Positions 20,613 through 30,874 of a stretch of DNA of 64,000 nt are shown here, piece after piece. The stretch is from Candidatus Binatia bacterium (GTDB taxonomy: Bacteria; Desulfobacterota; Binatia; UBA9968; CAXXLF01). The notes below the pieces were generated by a model. It was not told where the DNA came from. It searched no databases and saw only the letters and a list, made by a program, of their open reading frames with translations. The DNA lies in the NCBI GenBank assembly GCA_963664015.2, contig CAXXLF010000001.1, positions 768,001 through 832,000 on the forward strand. The letters are read 5' to 3'. A program made the position numbers and the translations under genes. Positions within the stretch are counted from its first letter, which is position 1; the number at the start of each line of letters is the position of its first letter.

Positions 20613-21314
20613 TCATAACCAGGCCTTGCCGATTCCGGCATCAGTAATCCCATCGAGATAGACCTTCCATGCTATCATGGAGTCCTCTGCGGCTCGCAGA
20701 GCTACCTCTCTCTCTGATTCCGCAGAAAGATACTTTTCCAAGTACTCAACCGTACCCTCACTGTGGATTTGATCCACCGAATCGTGGAGGGTCCAGAACT
20801 CGACATCTTCTAGTGAGAGGCCAAGATGGCGCCTCCAGTTCTCTGTTTCCATGGCTGAGAAGTTACCGCATTCGGGTTTATTGGTCCGCTCTAGCATCAC
20901 CTTCGCCGCCACTCCTTCATACCAGGTCCGGTTCTTGGTCAAGGTTTCCCATGTGTGTAGCGCGACAATGGTTGTGGGCAAAGGTTGGGCTTGTTGGATT
21001 TGCTCCTCGGAAAGGCCAATGGATTTGCCCATACGAAGAAGCAGCTCGAAATGTGAGCGTCCCTCAATAGCCTCTTCCTCGTAAAGGTTTTCTGTAACGA
21101 TAAACTTGCGTAGGTCCACGTGGGGACAGTTACCGACCACGTAGGCCCAGCATCGGCGACTATGACGATTAAAGACACCCCATTGTTGCACTAAGACCCT
21201 CGCCCCGTCAACACCAAGACGGTCACGGGAGTAAGCAAACCATTTCGTGTTCGGATGATACTTAGCAACGATTCCGTCCAGGGCTTTTGCAAAAGCAGAT
21301 TGATTTGCACTCAT
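20613..21314 (-). CDS. Heme-oxygenase-like diiron protein (PqqC/TenA/CADD family)
   Basis: ENLYEEE..SH, LER, HDSVDQIH metal-ligand pattern. Confidence 0.8.
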   Translation of the reverse strand: MSANQSAFAKALDGIVAKYHPNTKWFAYSRDRLGVDGARVLVQQWGVFNRHSRRCWAYVVGNCPHVDLRKFIVTENLYEEEAIEGRSHFELLLRMGKSIGLSEEQIQQAQPLPTTIVALHTWETLTKNRTWYEGVAAKVMLERTNKPECGNFSAMETENWRRHLGLSLEDVEFWTLHDSVDQIHSEGTVEYLEKYLSAESEREVALRAAEDSMIAWKVYLDGITDAGIGKAWL

Positions 21315-21437
21315 CGAGATATTCCTAAAACTGAGCAAAATCCTACGTGACGTAACGTGGAGTGTCAACCTGAGAGAGGTAAACTCATTTGACACTGGGA
21401 ATGTTTCAATGTAGGTAGGCCGCAGGGGAACGACCAG

Positions 21438-22433
21438 ATGGCAGGAAATAGAATTTTGGTGACCGGTGGTTCAGGACTCGTAGGGGTCTATGTAGTCGCC
21501 ATGCTCCTGGACAGAGGAGAACAACCCATCGTCTATGATACGGGCGTCAACCGGAATCTACTTAGTGCAGTAGGCGTGGATATAAAAGCGATCCCCTTGA
21601 TTCAGGGCGACGTTTTGGATCTACCTGGACTCGTCTCGGTGATCCGAGAGCATCGCGTTGACCGGGTGATTCATATGGCAGGTCTTTCGGGTGAAGAGGT
21701 GCAAAGACACCCCTACAACGGGGTGACGCTCAATGTTATGGGGACGATGAACGTCCTTGAAGCCGCTCAACAGGAAGGGATATCCCGAGTGACCTACGCA
21801 AGCTCAGGGTCCGTCTATCTAGGTTCTCTGGAGCTTGGGTCTCTGGGTGAAGGAACCCAAGGGATCGATGAGACCATTGCCGTCAATCCTCCGTCAATCT
21901 ATGCCGCTACCAAAGCGAGCTCAGAGTTTCTCGGACAGGCCTATGGGCAACGCTTTGGCTTCGAGTTTGTATCTGTCCGTTACGTTGGAGGACTCTACGG
22001 GCCTTCTCCTGTGGCGATGAAGTCCACAAGGGAGCAGGCCATCAGGACCATGGTGCAAGTTGCACTCAAAGGTCAAGCTGCCACCATACAATGGCCTGAG
22101 GGCACCATGGAGCTTCTCTACGCCAAGGACGCGGCTAAGGGGACTGTCCTAGTATGCCTCAAGGATCGGTTAAAAGATCACCTCTTCCACATCGGGAGCG
22201 GGGAATTGCTCAACGGAGAAGACTTTCTCCGGGTACTGAAAAGTACCTTCACCAATGTAAAGATTACACTTCAGAATGTTAGGAGGCCCTTGCCTCACCC
22301 GGAAATCCAGCTCCTCAACGACAATACCCGATCCTGGGAGCAGCTCGGCTATGAACCCGATTATCCCTTGGAAAGGGCCCTGGAGGATTACGCGGCCACA
22401 CTCAGAAAGCTGGAAGCCCACTCAAGCCTCTAG
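21438..22433 (+). CDS. NAD-dependent epimerase/dehydratase (extended SDR)
   Basis: TGGSGLVG, ASSGSVY, YAATK. Confidence 0.9.
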   Translation: MAGNRILVTGGSGLVGVYVVAMLLDRGEQPIVYDTGVNRNLLSAVGVDIKAIPLIQGDVLDLPGLVSVIREHRVDRVIHMAGLSGEEVQRHPYNGVTLNVMGTMNVLEAAQQEGISRVTYASSGSVYLGSLELGSLGEGTQGIDETIAVNPPSIYAATKASSEFLGQAYGQRFGFEFVSVRYVGGLYGPSPVAMKSTREQAIRTMVQVALKGQAATIQWPEGTMELLYAKDAAKGTVLVCLKDRLKDHLFHIGSGELLNGEDFLRVLKSTFTNVKITLQNVRRPLPHPEIQLLNDNTRSWEQLGYEPDYPLERALEDYAATLRKLEAHSSL

Positions 22434-22655
22434 CAAGATAGCTAGTTGGGCGGGCTTCCAGACTTTGATAGCCGAATGGAAAGGCTTCTAAGAAGAAAAC
22501 AATCAACGACATCAACGGCCGCGAAACATCTTTCTCCACTCCTTATCACGCTTTACCAACATATAGGCTTCTGTGTTTTTTGATGACTTCCCAAGTGGCG
22601 ATGGTCTTTTCCATGCAACAAATCGGTCCCCTTGCTCTACTGCCTGGACCCTGGA

Positions 22656-23843
22656 TCAAGAATTTTGCAGATGGAAAAACTCAATCGTGTTGCCACAGAT
22701 CATCTTATACTTCTCATCCTCCGGAATACCCGCAAAGCTTTCCGCGATAACCTTGTCCGAGTTTGGCCAATCGGACTCGAGGTGGGGAAAGTCATTCGCC
22801 CACAGAACTTTATCCACGCCCATTTCCTGACGCGCGACACGGACCCCTGTAGGATTGCGATTGAATCCCCAATAGGCATGTTCCCGTGCGTATTCGCTCG
22901 GGAGCTTGGCAAGCGGCGGAAGGCCATAGACACGCTCGACCCAGAACCGCTGGCGGCAATACTCGTTATCCAGCTGGTCCAGCCAATTGGGAATCCATCC
23001 GATCTGGACTTCTGCGATATAGACGTTCAGCTTCGGGAAACGGTCGAATACTCCAGCCCAGATAAGCTGTGTAATCTGCATGGCCCCGCGAAAACCATAT
23101 TTATTGAACCGGTCAACCACGTCCGGTACCGCAGCCTCAGGGTCCGGGGTTTTAGCATACTTGAAAGAGGGTGCCGGCGGCGGCGGTGCTCCACGCTGGG
23201 GGAAGCCAAAGGCCACATGGACGGTTAATGGCATGGCCATCTCAACTGCTGCAGCCCAGAATTTGTCATCTTCAGGCAACGGGAATCTCTTACCAGAAGG
23301 AAAGGCATTCAAGGCAACAGCCTTCAATCCCAGCTCTTTGCAGTGCACCAGCTCGACCACGGCGTCATCCAAGTTGGTCATGGGAATCACGCCGACACCA
23401 ATGAGACGGTCAGAATTTACGGAGCAGTACTCCTCGGCCAGCCAGTCGTTATAGGCGCGGAACATTGCCCTGAAGGCATCGTCATTTTTAATGCCACGCC
23501 AATAGCTAGGACCCACATTACCCGGGAACAAGACCTCGGCATCAACACCGTCCATGTCCTGTTCTTTCATGCGCTGTTTGGGGTCTCCCGTTCCCGGTGA
23601 ATTATCATAGTTATCTCCTGGAAGCGGGTCAAAAGGACGTCTCTCCTCGTAAGGCTTGCCGGAGGAAATATTGCAGATCAGCCTCTCTATGGGCTTACCT
23701 TCTTGCAACACGCCGAGGGTACCGTCCTGCAGGGTGATGACCTGGGGCGCATGGTCGCGGTACTTCTGGGGCAGTCGCTTAGTGTAACGATCAGGTCTAA
23801 TCTCTAGGTGGGAATCGGCTGATATACATCGGTACTGCATCAT
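22656..23843 (-). CDS. Amidohydrolase family 2 protein
   Basis: ISADSH, YNDWLAEEYC, GVFDRFPKL, WANDFPH. Confidence 0.9.
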   Translation of the reverse strand: MMQYRCISADSHLEIRPDRYTKRLPQKYRDHAPQVITLQDGTLGVLQEGKPIERLICNISSGKPYEERRPFDPLPGDNYDNSPGTGDPKQRMKEQDMDGVDAEVLFPGNVGPSYWRGIKNDDAFRAMFRAYNDWLAEEYCSVNSDRLIGVGVIPMTNLDDAVVELVHCKELGLKAVALNAFPSGKRFPLPEDDKFWAAAVEMAMPLTVHVAFGFPQRGAPPPPAPSFKYAKTPDPEAAVPDVVDRFNKYGFRGAMQITQLIWAGVFDRFPKLNVYIAEVQIGWIPNWLDQLDNEYCRQRFWVERVYGLPPLAKLPSEYAREHAYWGFNRNPTGVRVARQEMGVDKVLWANDFPHLESDWPNSDKVIAESFAGIPEDEKYKMICGNTIEFFHLQNS

Positions 23844-23852
23844 CTCTCCTTA

Positions 23853-24569
23853 CTAAGGCCAACGGTTACGCAAATCCGGTCGTACTTTCCAGTAGTCTTC
23901 GAATGCCTTGGGGCCGGCACGCTCATAAACTCGGTGGTGGACCTTCTGCTCCGCATGATGCAACACAACCCGCTCCGAGTATTGGGTGTGCAGCGTTTCC
24001 CCTTCGGCCACCAGACGGTCTGCGAGGGTAAGGTCCTCCAAGTACTGTTTCAACTCGGTCGAGTTCATGATGTTGCAGCGGTAGATCAACCGCCCATCTT
24101 TGTGGATTACGAATACGGCGTTGGGCCAGATACAATAGCCACGATGGACCGTCCCTGCCAGGTCGTCGACCAAGATGGGCACGCGCACATCCTCCAACCG
24201 TTGAAGGTCCCGGGCATGGGAGGCCTTTTGCTCCCAGGAAGTGTGATGGGGGTATTTCTCACCGGGGTGGGATTCCCGTGTATAGAGAAGAAAGGAAAAG
24301 ACCCCCTGCTTCTCGAACTGATCATGGAGACGGTTGAACGCCGGAATTTCATAGGCACACATGGGACTGGTGATCGCGCCTGTCATAAAGACCACATGCC
24401 CCTTGGCGCGCAACTCACTGAGCCCAAGGGACTTCCCCTCCAGGTCCTTTACCTCAAATTCAGGGGCCGGGAAACCGACCTGGGCCGGCATCAATGCACC
24501 GGGGTTTTCCGGCGCCGCGGCGCCAAAGACAAAGTCAGGGGTATTGTACGGTTTTTCCTTTTCGCTCAT
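23853..24569 (-). CDS. Thioredoxin-fold, iodothyronine deiodinase-like redoxin
   Basis: APEFEV, GAITSPMC, LYTRESHPGE, ILVDDLAGTVHRGY..PN. Confidence 0.7.
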   Translation of the reverse strand: MSEKEKPYNTPDFVFGAAAPENPGALMPAQVGFPAPEFEVKDLEGKSLGLSELRAKGHVVFMTGAITSPMCAYEIPAFNRLHDQFEKQGVFSFLLYTRESHPGEKYPHHTSWEQKASHARDLQRLEDVRVPILVDDLAGTVHRGYCIWPNAVFVIHKDGRLIYRCNIMNSTELKQYLEDLTLADRLVAEGETLHTQYSERVVLHHAEQKVHHRVYERAGPKAFEDYWKVRPDLRNRWP

Positions 24570-24581
24570 TGAAATCGGCTC

Positions 24582-25604
24582 CTAATTCTGGCTTTCCTCT
24601 CGGTAAAGCCCCATCGCCTCCAACAGCGGCCGGTCGGTGTTTGAAAACAGGATGGCCGGCTCGCCCTTGGAACCATTGACATGGCGGTGCCAGCTCCAGT
24701 TGGGTATGACAAAGAAATCCCCCTGCTCCCACTCAATCTCTTTCCCCTCGGACTCCGTAACACCTGTCCCCTGGAAGACATGGTAAAGGTGGTTGGCCGT
24801 ATGTCGATGCGTTACGGTTTCTTCGCCGCCTTCGAGCATCTGGATCCAGCAGGAGAAGGTGGGGAAGGTGGGACCGCCATTGGGGTTGCGATATTCCAGA
24901 AGGCGTCCATCATAAGGAGTTTTATCTTCCGGCAGCATCCCTTCCAGCGCCGATAGAGTTTCCCCCCACTTGAAGACCAGCTTTTTGACGCTTTTTCCCG
25001 GAGGCGCGAGTGTGGTAGGGTTGCGCACTGCGTTATCTACCGGGCTGTTGAAGAGCTTGACGTCCTCGGCGGGATGGGGCTCTTGAAACATCGTACGCAA
25101 CATTCCCATCAAGCCAACGTCGAGACAATCGATCCAAACGGCGTCCTTATCGGTTTCATTGATGTGGTTATGCCAGCCCCAGTTGGGCTGAATCAGCATG
25201 TCACCCCGCTCCATTACGCATTTTTCCCCGTTTGTAATGGTGTAAACGTCCTTGCCTCCTTCGAGGACAAAGCGCATGGCGGCTGCCGTGTGCCGGTGAG
25301 AGTAGACCGCCTCCCCTGCCTTGACCAGCTGAACCGCCATCCCTATGGTATTGCTTGTACCATGGGCCATGTTGGGATGGACGAGTTGAAGAACCCGGCG
25401 CGCCCCTTTGTAATTGGTAGGAATCAATCTACCTGCTACGTCCAGCCCTTCCCTGATAGTGGGCCATTTCCAGAGCTGGGGGGGGCCGTACGGTTTCGGC
25501 GCGCGAAAGATCTCCTCACCGGAGGCCCACAGCCCGCGCATGGACTCACCCTCCAGCTTTTGATCCAACTCCTTGAGGTCTTTAATTTCTTGCCATGAAG
25601 CCAT
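24582..25604 (-). CDS. Gentisate 1,2-dioxygenase-like bicupin
   Basis: HRHTAAAMRF, WGWHNH, WIDCLD, second cupin HRHT..WSWHRH. Confidence 0.85.
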   Translation of the reverse strand: MASWQEIKDLKELDQKLEGESMRGLWASGEEIFRAPKPYGPPQLWKWPTIREGLDVAGRLIPTNYKGARRVLQLVHPNMAHGTSNTIGMAVQLVKAGEAVYSHRHTAAAMRFVLEGGKDVYTITNGEKCVMERGDMLIQPNWGWHNHINETDKDAVWIDCLDVGLMGMLRTMFQEPHPAEDVKLFNSPVDNAVRNPTTLAPPGKSVKKLVFKWGETLSALEGMLPEDKTPYDGRLLEYRNPNGGPTFPTFSCWIQMLEGGEETVTHRHTANHLYHVFQGTGVTESEGKEIEWEQGDFFVIPNWSWHRHVNGSKGEPAILFSNTDRPLLEAMGLYREESQN

Positions 25605-25813
25605 GGGCTACTCCTCCAACGATTCTAAATGGATCCCGCAGCGTGACCCACCATGCCTGGACTGGAAACAAGACGTTATCTTTTATATCGCGGGGAAAGC
25701 CCTTGTCAAGGTACGTTTTTTCGCCCTCTCACCGAGTCGAGGCCATTGACGGGGTCAGCCTATCCCGCTACTATTTCTATCTTTTCGAAACGAAAGTCTA
25801 GGCCCTGATCTAA

Positions 25814-27067
25814 GTGGAAAATTCTGACGATAAAGCCCCCCAGGAGTCACTCCCCAGCAAGATAAGGCCATGGTCCTCACTCCTGATCCGGGACTATGCC
25901 CTGATCTGGAGCGCCAGTTTTTTTGCGGCTACCGCATCTCAAATGCGCCAGGTGGCCAATCTTTATCAAGTCTATGACCTTTCAGGGTCATCCATCAAGT
26001 TAGGCCTTGCAGGTTTTTTCCAGTCTCTCCCTTTTATTTTCTTCGGGATCTTTGGCGGCGTTCTGGCCGACACCTTTGACCGAAAAAAGCTCATCGTCGC
26101 TTCCCAGTTCCTGAATTTGATACCCGCCTTCGCACTGGGCATCCTGACCCTATCCGGCACAATTCAGGTGTGGCACATCTATATTTGTAGTCTGATGACC
26201 TCTTTTGTTCAGGTCGTAAGCCAGCCTGCCCGTGCGGCTATTATTCCCAACCTGGTTCCCCGTTCCTATCTGATGAACGCGATCACCCTGAATATCATGA
26301 CTCACCAGGTCAGCTTGCTCATTGGGCCGGCTCTAGCCGGATTTCTCATCGACTTCATCGGCCTGGACCGGACCTACTTCCTCAGCGCCGCCCTTTTCGC
26401 TCCCGCCATCATCGGCGTCGCGGCCATCCGGAGCTCCGGCGTCCCCGCTGGGGTAAGACGCCAGGTAAGTTTCCGCAACGTCATCGAAGGGATCCAGTTT
26501 ATCTGGGTCCAGCGCATAATCCTCTCCCTTTTGTTTCTGGACTTCGGCACCATCCTGGTAGGTTTCTATCAACCTCTACTTCCCGTCTTTGCCAGCGATG
26601 TCTTTCGCGTAGGTGCCAGTGACCTGGGGCTTCTCTATACCGCACCGGCCATTGGTGCCATCGTGGGTTCAACCTCGCTCCTCATCGCCGGCGATATCGC
26701 GAGGAAAGGAGCCCTGGCCGTGGTTGCGGCCCTCCTATTTGCAGTCAGCCTCGGCCTCCTCGGACTCTCGCCCTGGTTTTGGTTAGGGTTAGTGGCCGTG
26801 GGCGGCCTGAGCCTGACCGACGCCATTAGCGTGTCAACGCGCCGCACGGTTATGAATCTACTGGTAGCGGATACCATGCGCGGGCGGGCCTCAAGCCTAA
26901 TTAGCGTGTTCGCACAAAGTGCCAACGCACTGGGGGCTTTGATAGCGGGAGTCGCAGCCGCCCTGTTGGGAGCCCCCAGGGCCTTGGCCATTGGAAGCAT
27001 TCTGTGCGTCACGGTTATCCTCGCCATCTGTCGAGCCATCCCACAGCTCTGGCGATATCGCACCTAG
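25814..27067 (+). CDS. MFS transporter
   Basis: GVLADTFDRKK motif, about 12 TM segments. Confidence 0.9.
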   Translation: MENSDDKAPQESLPSKIRPWSSLLIRDYALIWSASFFAATASQMRQVANLYQVYDLSGSSIKLGLAGFFQSLPFIFFGIFGGVLADTFDRKKLIVASQFLNLIPAFALGILTLSGTIQVWHIYICSLMTSFVQVVSQPARAAIIPNLVPRSYLMNAITLNIMTHQVSLLIGPALAGFLIDFIGLDRTYFLSAALFAPAIIGVAAIRSSGVPAGVRRQVSFRNVIEGIQFIWVQRIILSLLFLDFGTILVGFYQPLLPVFASDVFRVGASDLGLLYTAPAIGAIVGSTSLLIAGDIARKGALAVVAALLFAVSLGLLGLSPWFWLGLVAVGGLSLTDAISVSTRRTVMNLLVADTMRGRASSLISVFAQSANALGALIAGVAAALLGAPRALAIGSILCVTVILAICRAIPQLWRYRT

Positions 27068-27397
27068 CCGTGCCCCACCACCGACTCCCAGTGTAACCCC
27101 ACGATACCGGTCCCGGTGTGGCCAGTCGTAATCCCAATCGATCCCTCTCGCTCCTGATCCTCCTACGGGATATGTGTGATAAGGAATCAAAGTGGCCACA
27201 TCCGCGCCACCAGGATTCGAAAAGATCCAAGGGACTGATTCTAAATTTACACCCCAATAAATTTTAAATAAAATTAGACTATCAGGAGACGGATTCTCAA
27301 AAATAGAACACTCAACCCACCGATTGAGAGCCTAGGGGTAGACAGGCTATAGGGAGAAAAGTTGGCAACCGTTTTGCTTCTGCAGGTAAAGAGGCCC

Positions 27398-27709
27398 ATG
27401 AATATCATCGAGAACATCAGTATGATTTTAAACGCCATGGCGATAGAACCGTGGGAGATTTTCTCCTACACTTCTCTCGGCAGCGTTTATATATCCATGG
27501 GCCTCTACCAATCATTCCTCTTAGGCACTTTTGTTTTTACCCACTAATGGGGGTACAAGAATCTGCTCGAGGACCTAGCCCAGACTGGAGGGCATTCGGA
27601 GGCAGTCGTTTTTCTATACGTGATCTGCGGCTTGTTCATCGTAATCGTGGCTATATTGAGCTGCTTTGCCAAACAGTTGAGACGGGCGTTTATCATGCCT
27701 CCGATCTAA
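27398..27709 (+). pseudogene. Small membrane protein with in-frame stop
   Basis: MNIIENIS..TFVFTH*WGYKNLLEDL..VVFLYVICGLFIVIVAIL; the frame continues through TAA at 27545-27547. Confidence 0.4.
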
Positions 27710-29263
27710 TAGTATTTTCCCTTAGTCGCTTCATTGGCCTTTGATTCATCCTCGGCTGTCCACGACCCCAAGGAATACCCGTATCAGAGTGTTTTAAGCG
27801 TAAGGGGCGGTAATCCTTCCTCTTTCCAGATCTCCAATGCCTTTTCCATGAAGGGTCACTTGGGCAAACCGACGGCCGGGTATGCCCCCTTTCGGGTCGC
27901 GTCAATCAGCAATCCGGAGCATCCTTCGGGGGGCGAGAACGAACGATTCTCTGGCTTGGTCATCAACGACTCGGCCGATGGATCGAGCAGTGGCGAACGG
28001 GACATGATCACCCGCGTGTCACGATGCAGCTGCATGGTGAAGCTCATCGCCCACGTTACCATATCAGAATTTTTTGGATCAATATCTTCATCGACCACGA
28101 TGATGACCTTGTTGTAAAGCCCATGGAGGAGGCCGCCTGCAGCACCTGCCACGGCTTACTGGGATGAGTCTTTCGAATCCGAATAACCCACCAGTTCCAA
28201 CCCCCACCCATCTCCGGGCAGCACACCTCCAACACTTCCGTTATATTGCAGCCATGCCTAAGATATTCGTGAAGCATCATCTCACGGCATGTTCGTGAGA
28301 TTCCATTGGCTTCACTCGGCGGCAGCCCGACCAGGATGGCCGGTAACAGGGCATCCTTTCGATGGGTGATGGCCTTAACATGGATAACGGTCCTACTTTG
28401 CCGTTCCGCCATTACATATCCCGGATAATCACTGAAAGGGTCCATAGGCTCCATCGCTCCAGGTGGCATCTCTCCCTCGATGACGATCTCGGCCTCTGCC
28501 GGCACCTCAAGGGGGATGGTCTTGCAGGGACCATCTCTACCGGCCGCCCTCTAAGGCCTCCAGCAACGGCCAGTTCCTCCACACCATAGGGCAGATTAGC
28601 CGCCGCAACGTAGTTGATATCGGGGAGCGCCCCTAGGACAATGGCCACCGGTAGAGGCTCTCCACGACGAACAACCGTAGGATATTGGTAAAGCATGGCA
28701 TTGTGAATACGGGCAATACCGGCAAGAAGACGATCCGGACCATAGAAATGACCACTGTACATACCCACGTTACGGGTACCGCTCTCCAAGTCCCGCGTAA
28801 TAAAAGGCCCCGTGACACGAACTCCTCCGCTGAAACCAGCCTCCTCCACCGGGGCAGGAATTCGGTCCAAGCCGGACTTTTTCAACTCGGCACCGATGTG
28901 AACTACCTCTTGCACTGCCCCGCGGCTCACTGTTTGCGAGTTTATGGGTTGTGCCACCGCATGGTGCCATTTCTCGTGGATTTTCTGCGGGTCCTCGCAT
29001 CCCAATCCCAGGTCCATAATCTGACGAGATGAGCTGTAAGCTCCGGTAAGAACCTTCATATCATAACCGCCGCCTTTGGAATCAGTCACCTTCTCCTAGA
29101 GAAAGGCGCGGCGTGCTTCGTCGGGAAGCCCTCGATAATGGAGCCGCATTAAAGCCATAAGTTCGGTATCCTTGTTCACCTCGCGTTGCCATCGGTAAAG
29201 CTTGCCCCGACAATCCAAGTCCTCGATAAATTCACGAAGATCAGCATATTACGTACTGGTCAT
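27706..29263 (-). pseudogene. UbiD-family decarboxylase pseudogene (same subfamily as 2986-4632)
   Basis: MTST*YADLREF..AFL*EKV; pieces in ORFs 28412-29089, 28056-28505, 27856-28152; several stops and frameshifts. Confidence 0.88.
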
Positions 29264-29369
29264 TTCCTTTTACTCCTTTTTTGTTTCGTTCCTTTGCTAA
29301 ATTTTCACTTGAAACGTACGACCTCGATGAAATGGAGCTATCCCATGGGAATTCAACCGGTGGGCTAGC

Positions 29370-29546
29370 ACTGTGGATAGTTACGTCCGTTTGTTTCAAT
29401 CCAGTTTGATCTTCCATCTTGCCCAGGCTTTCGACTACGACTCTTATCTCATCTAAGCCCGCGAGACGAAGGATTTGACCTGCCGATTCTCCAGTGACTG
29501 CCGCGATAGAAAATAATAGCCCGATGATCGCGCCCAAACGGACCAT
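29370..29546 (-). pseudogene. N-terminal fragment of a secreted hypothetical protein
   Basis: RBS AGGAGG, signal-peptide-like MVRLGAIIGLLFSIAAV, then LAGLDEIRVVVE; protein-like sequence degrades after about 55 aa. Confidence 0.35.
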
Positions 29547-29803
29547 AAGCGAACTCCTCCTGTAGGGTGGTATCTTCATACACCGGATACAATGCTGTCA
29601 ACCCATAAACCCCTATTCGCGGTAACGGGATCGTAGCCGGAAAACATAACAACTAGGAGCTGAGGACTGACGGGTTACCTCCCATACCGGCAATGCCTTG
29701 CTTGACATCGATCATCGCCACGGCCTATGCTTTCCTACCCTCGGATACGAGGACAAACTCGACGTGATTTTAAATTTTGTCTGCGAGCGCAGGGGAGAAA
29801 ACA

Positions 29804-30571
29804 ATGTTGCTTGAAGGTCAGGTTGCCATGGTAACGGGGACGGGTCCTAACCTGGGGAGTGAAATCGCTCGGACGCTCTCTATCAACGGTGCCAAGGTGG
29901 CGTGCCTCGATGCCCGCGCCGACCAGGCGGAGAAGGTCGCCGATGAGATCCGTCAAAAGGGTGGAGAGGCACTGGCCGTGGTGGCAGACGTAACCAAGCC
30001 AGAGGACGTTCAGCGGGCCGTGGACAAAACAACCCATCAGTTCAGCGCCCTGCATATCCTGGTCAACAGCGCTGCCATATCGCCGCGAACTGCACTGTTT
30101 GACTTCAAATTAGAGGATTGGCGAAAAACGCTTGATATTATCCTGACGGGAGTCGTCCTGTGCACCCGTTACGCGGCTGAAAAGATGGTGGAGCAAAAGC
30201 AGGGGGGCTCTATTATCAATATCCGCTCGACATCGGGGTACCGGGGACGGACAGACGTCCTTGCCTATTCCACCGCGAAAGGAGGCCTGATGAACCTCAC
30301 CCGGAGTCTTGCCCTGACCCTGGCGCCTCACAAAATCCGGGTAAACTGCGTCACTCCTTCTTCTGTGGGCATTCCCCTCGCCAGTGACGGCCAAGGCCGT
30401 CCCCGCAAGGAGAGCGGCCCTCCCAACCACATTCCTCTCGGTCGATGGAGTGAGGTGGAGGATCCAGCTCAAGCGGTGCTATTTCTGGCCTCGCCCAATT
30501 CCAGCTTTATTACTGGTATCGACATTCCCGTCGATGGCGGCACACTAGCCAAGGGCGGCGGCGCCGGCTGA
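29804..30571 (+). CDS. Short-chain dehydrogenase/reductase
   Basis: VTGTGPNLG, LVNSA, YSTAK, IRVNCVTP, PVDGG. Confidence 0.92.
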   Translation: MLLEGQVAMVTGTGPNLGSEIARTLSINGAKVACLDARADQAEKVADEIRQKGGEALAVVADVTKPEDVQRAVDKTTHQFSALHILVNSAAISPRTALFDFKLEDWRKTLDIILTGVVLCTRYAAEKMVEQKQGGSIINIRSTSGYRGRTDVLAYSTAKGGLMNLTRSLALTLAPHKIRVNCVTPSSVGIPLASDGQGRPRKESGPPNHIPLGRWSEVEDPAQAVLFLASPNSSFITGIDIPVDGGTLAKGGGAG

Positions 30572-30702
30572 TAACTCCGGGACCCGCATTCGTGGGGAAA
30601 GGCGAAGGGAAATTCTGATCATTCGTGCCTTCCAACTTGCCCTAATCCTATGCATTTAATAGACTAAGGTTAGGGTGCCGTCCTACCAACCAATTTGGGC
30701 CG

Positions 30703-30764
30703 CTATCGGCAACTTGAGTCCTTTACCTTTGGCGTCCCGCCGGGGTATTTGCCATCGGGTCCGT
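30703..30764 (-). ncRNA. Possible degenerate c-di-GMP-I (GEMM)-like riboswitch remnant
   Basis: Minus strand reads GGCAAA-UACCCCGGC-GGGACGCCAAAG-GUAAAGGACUCAA-GUUGCCGA: three GEMM-I conserved blocks in order, but with shortened P2/P3. Confidence 0.3.
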
Positions 30765-30874
30765 ACGGGCAGAAACCGCTTATGAGAGATCTAAGCAGGG
30801 ATCGGCGGAGGCACTCGCGCTAGTTGACCTGACCGAAATTTGTTCAGTACTATCAGAACGAAACGAGGTTGAAC

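Noticed and set aside
24361-24375. Selenocysteine in the deiodinase-like protein
   Set aside because: The codon at the expected position is AGT (Ser), not TGA
27070-27260. Minus-strand protein-like stretch (GIDWDYDWPHRDRY)
   Set aside because: Overlaps the MFS 3' end, has no clear start and no family could be assigned
30660-30870. SAM riboswitch or T-box upstream of thrC-metB
   Set aside because: No SAM-I, SAM-II, SAH or T-box consensus blocks could be matched on the plus strand
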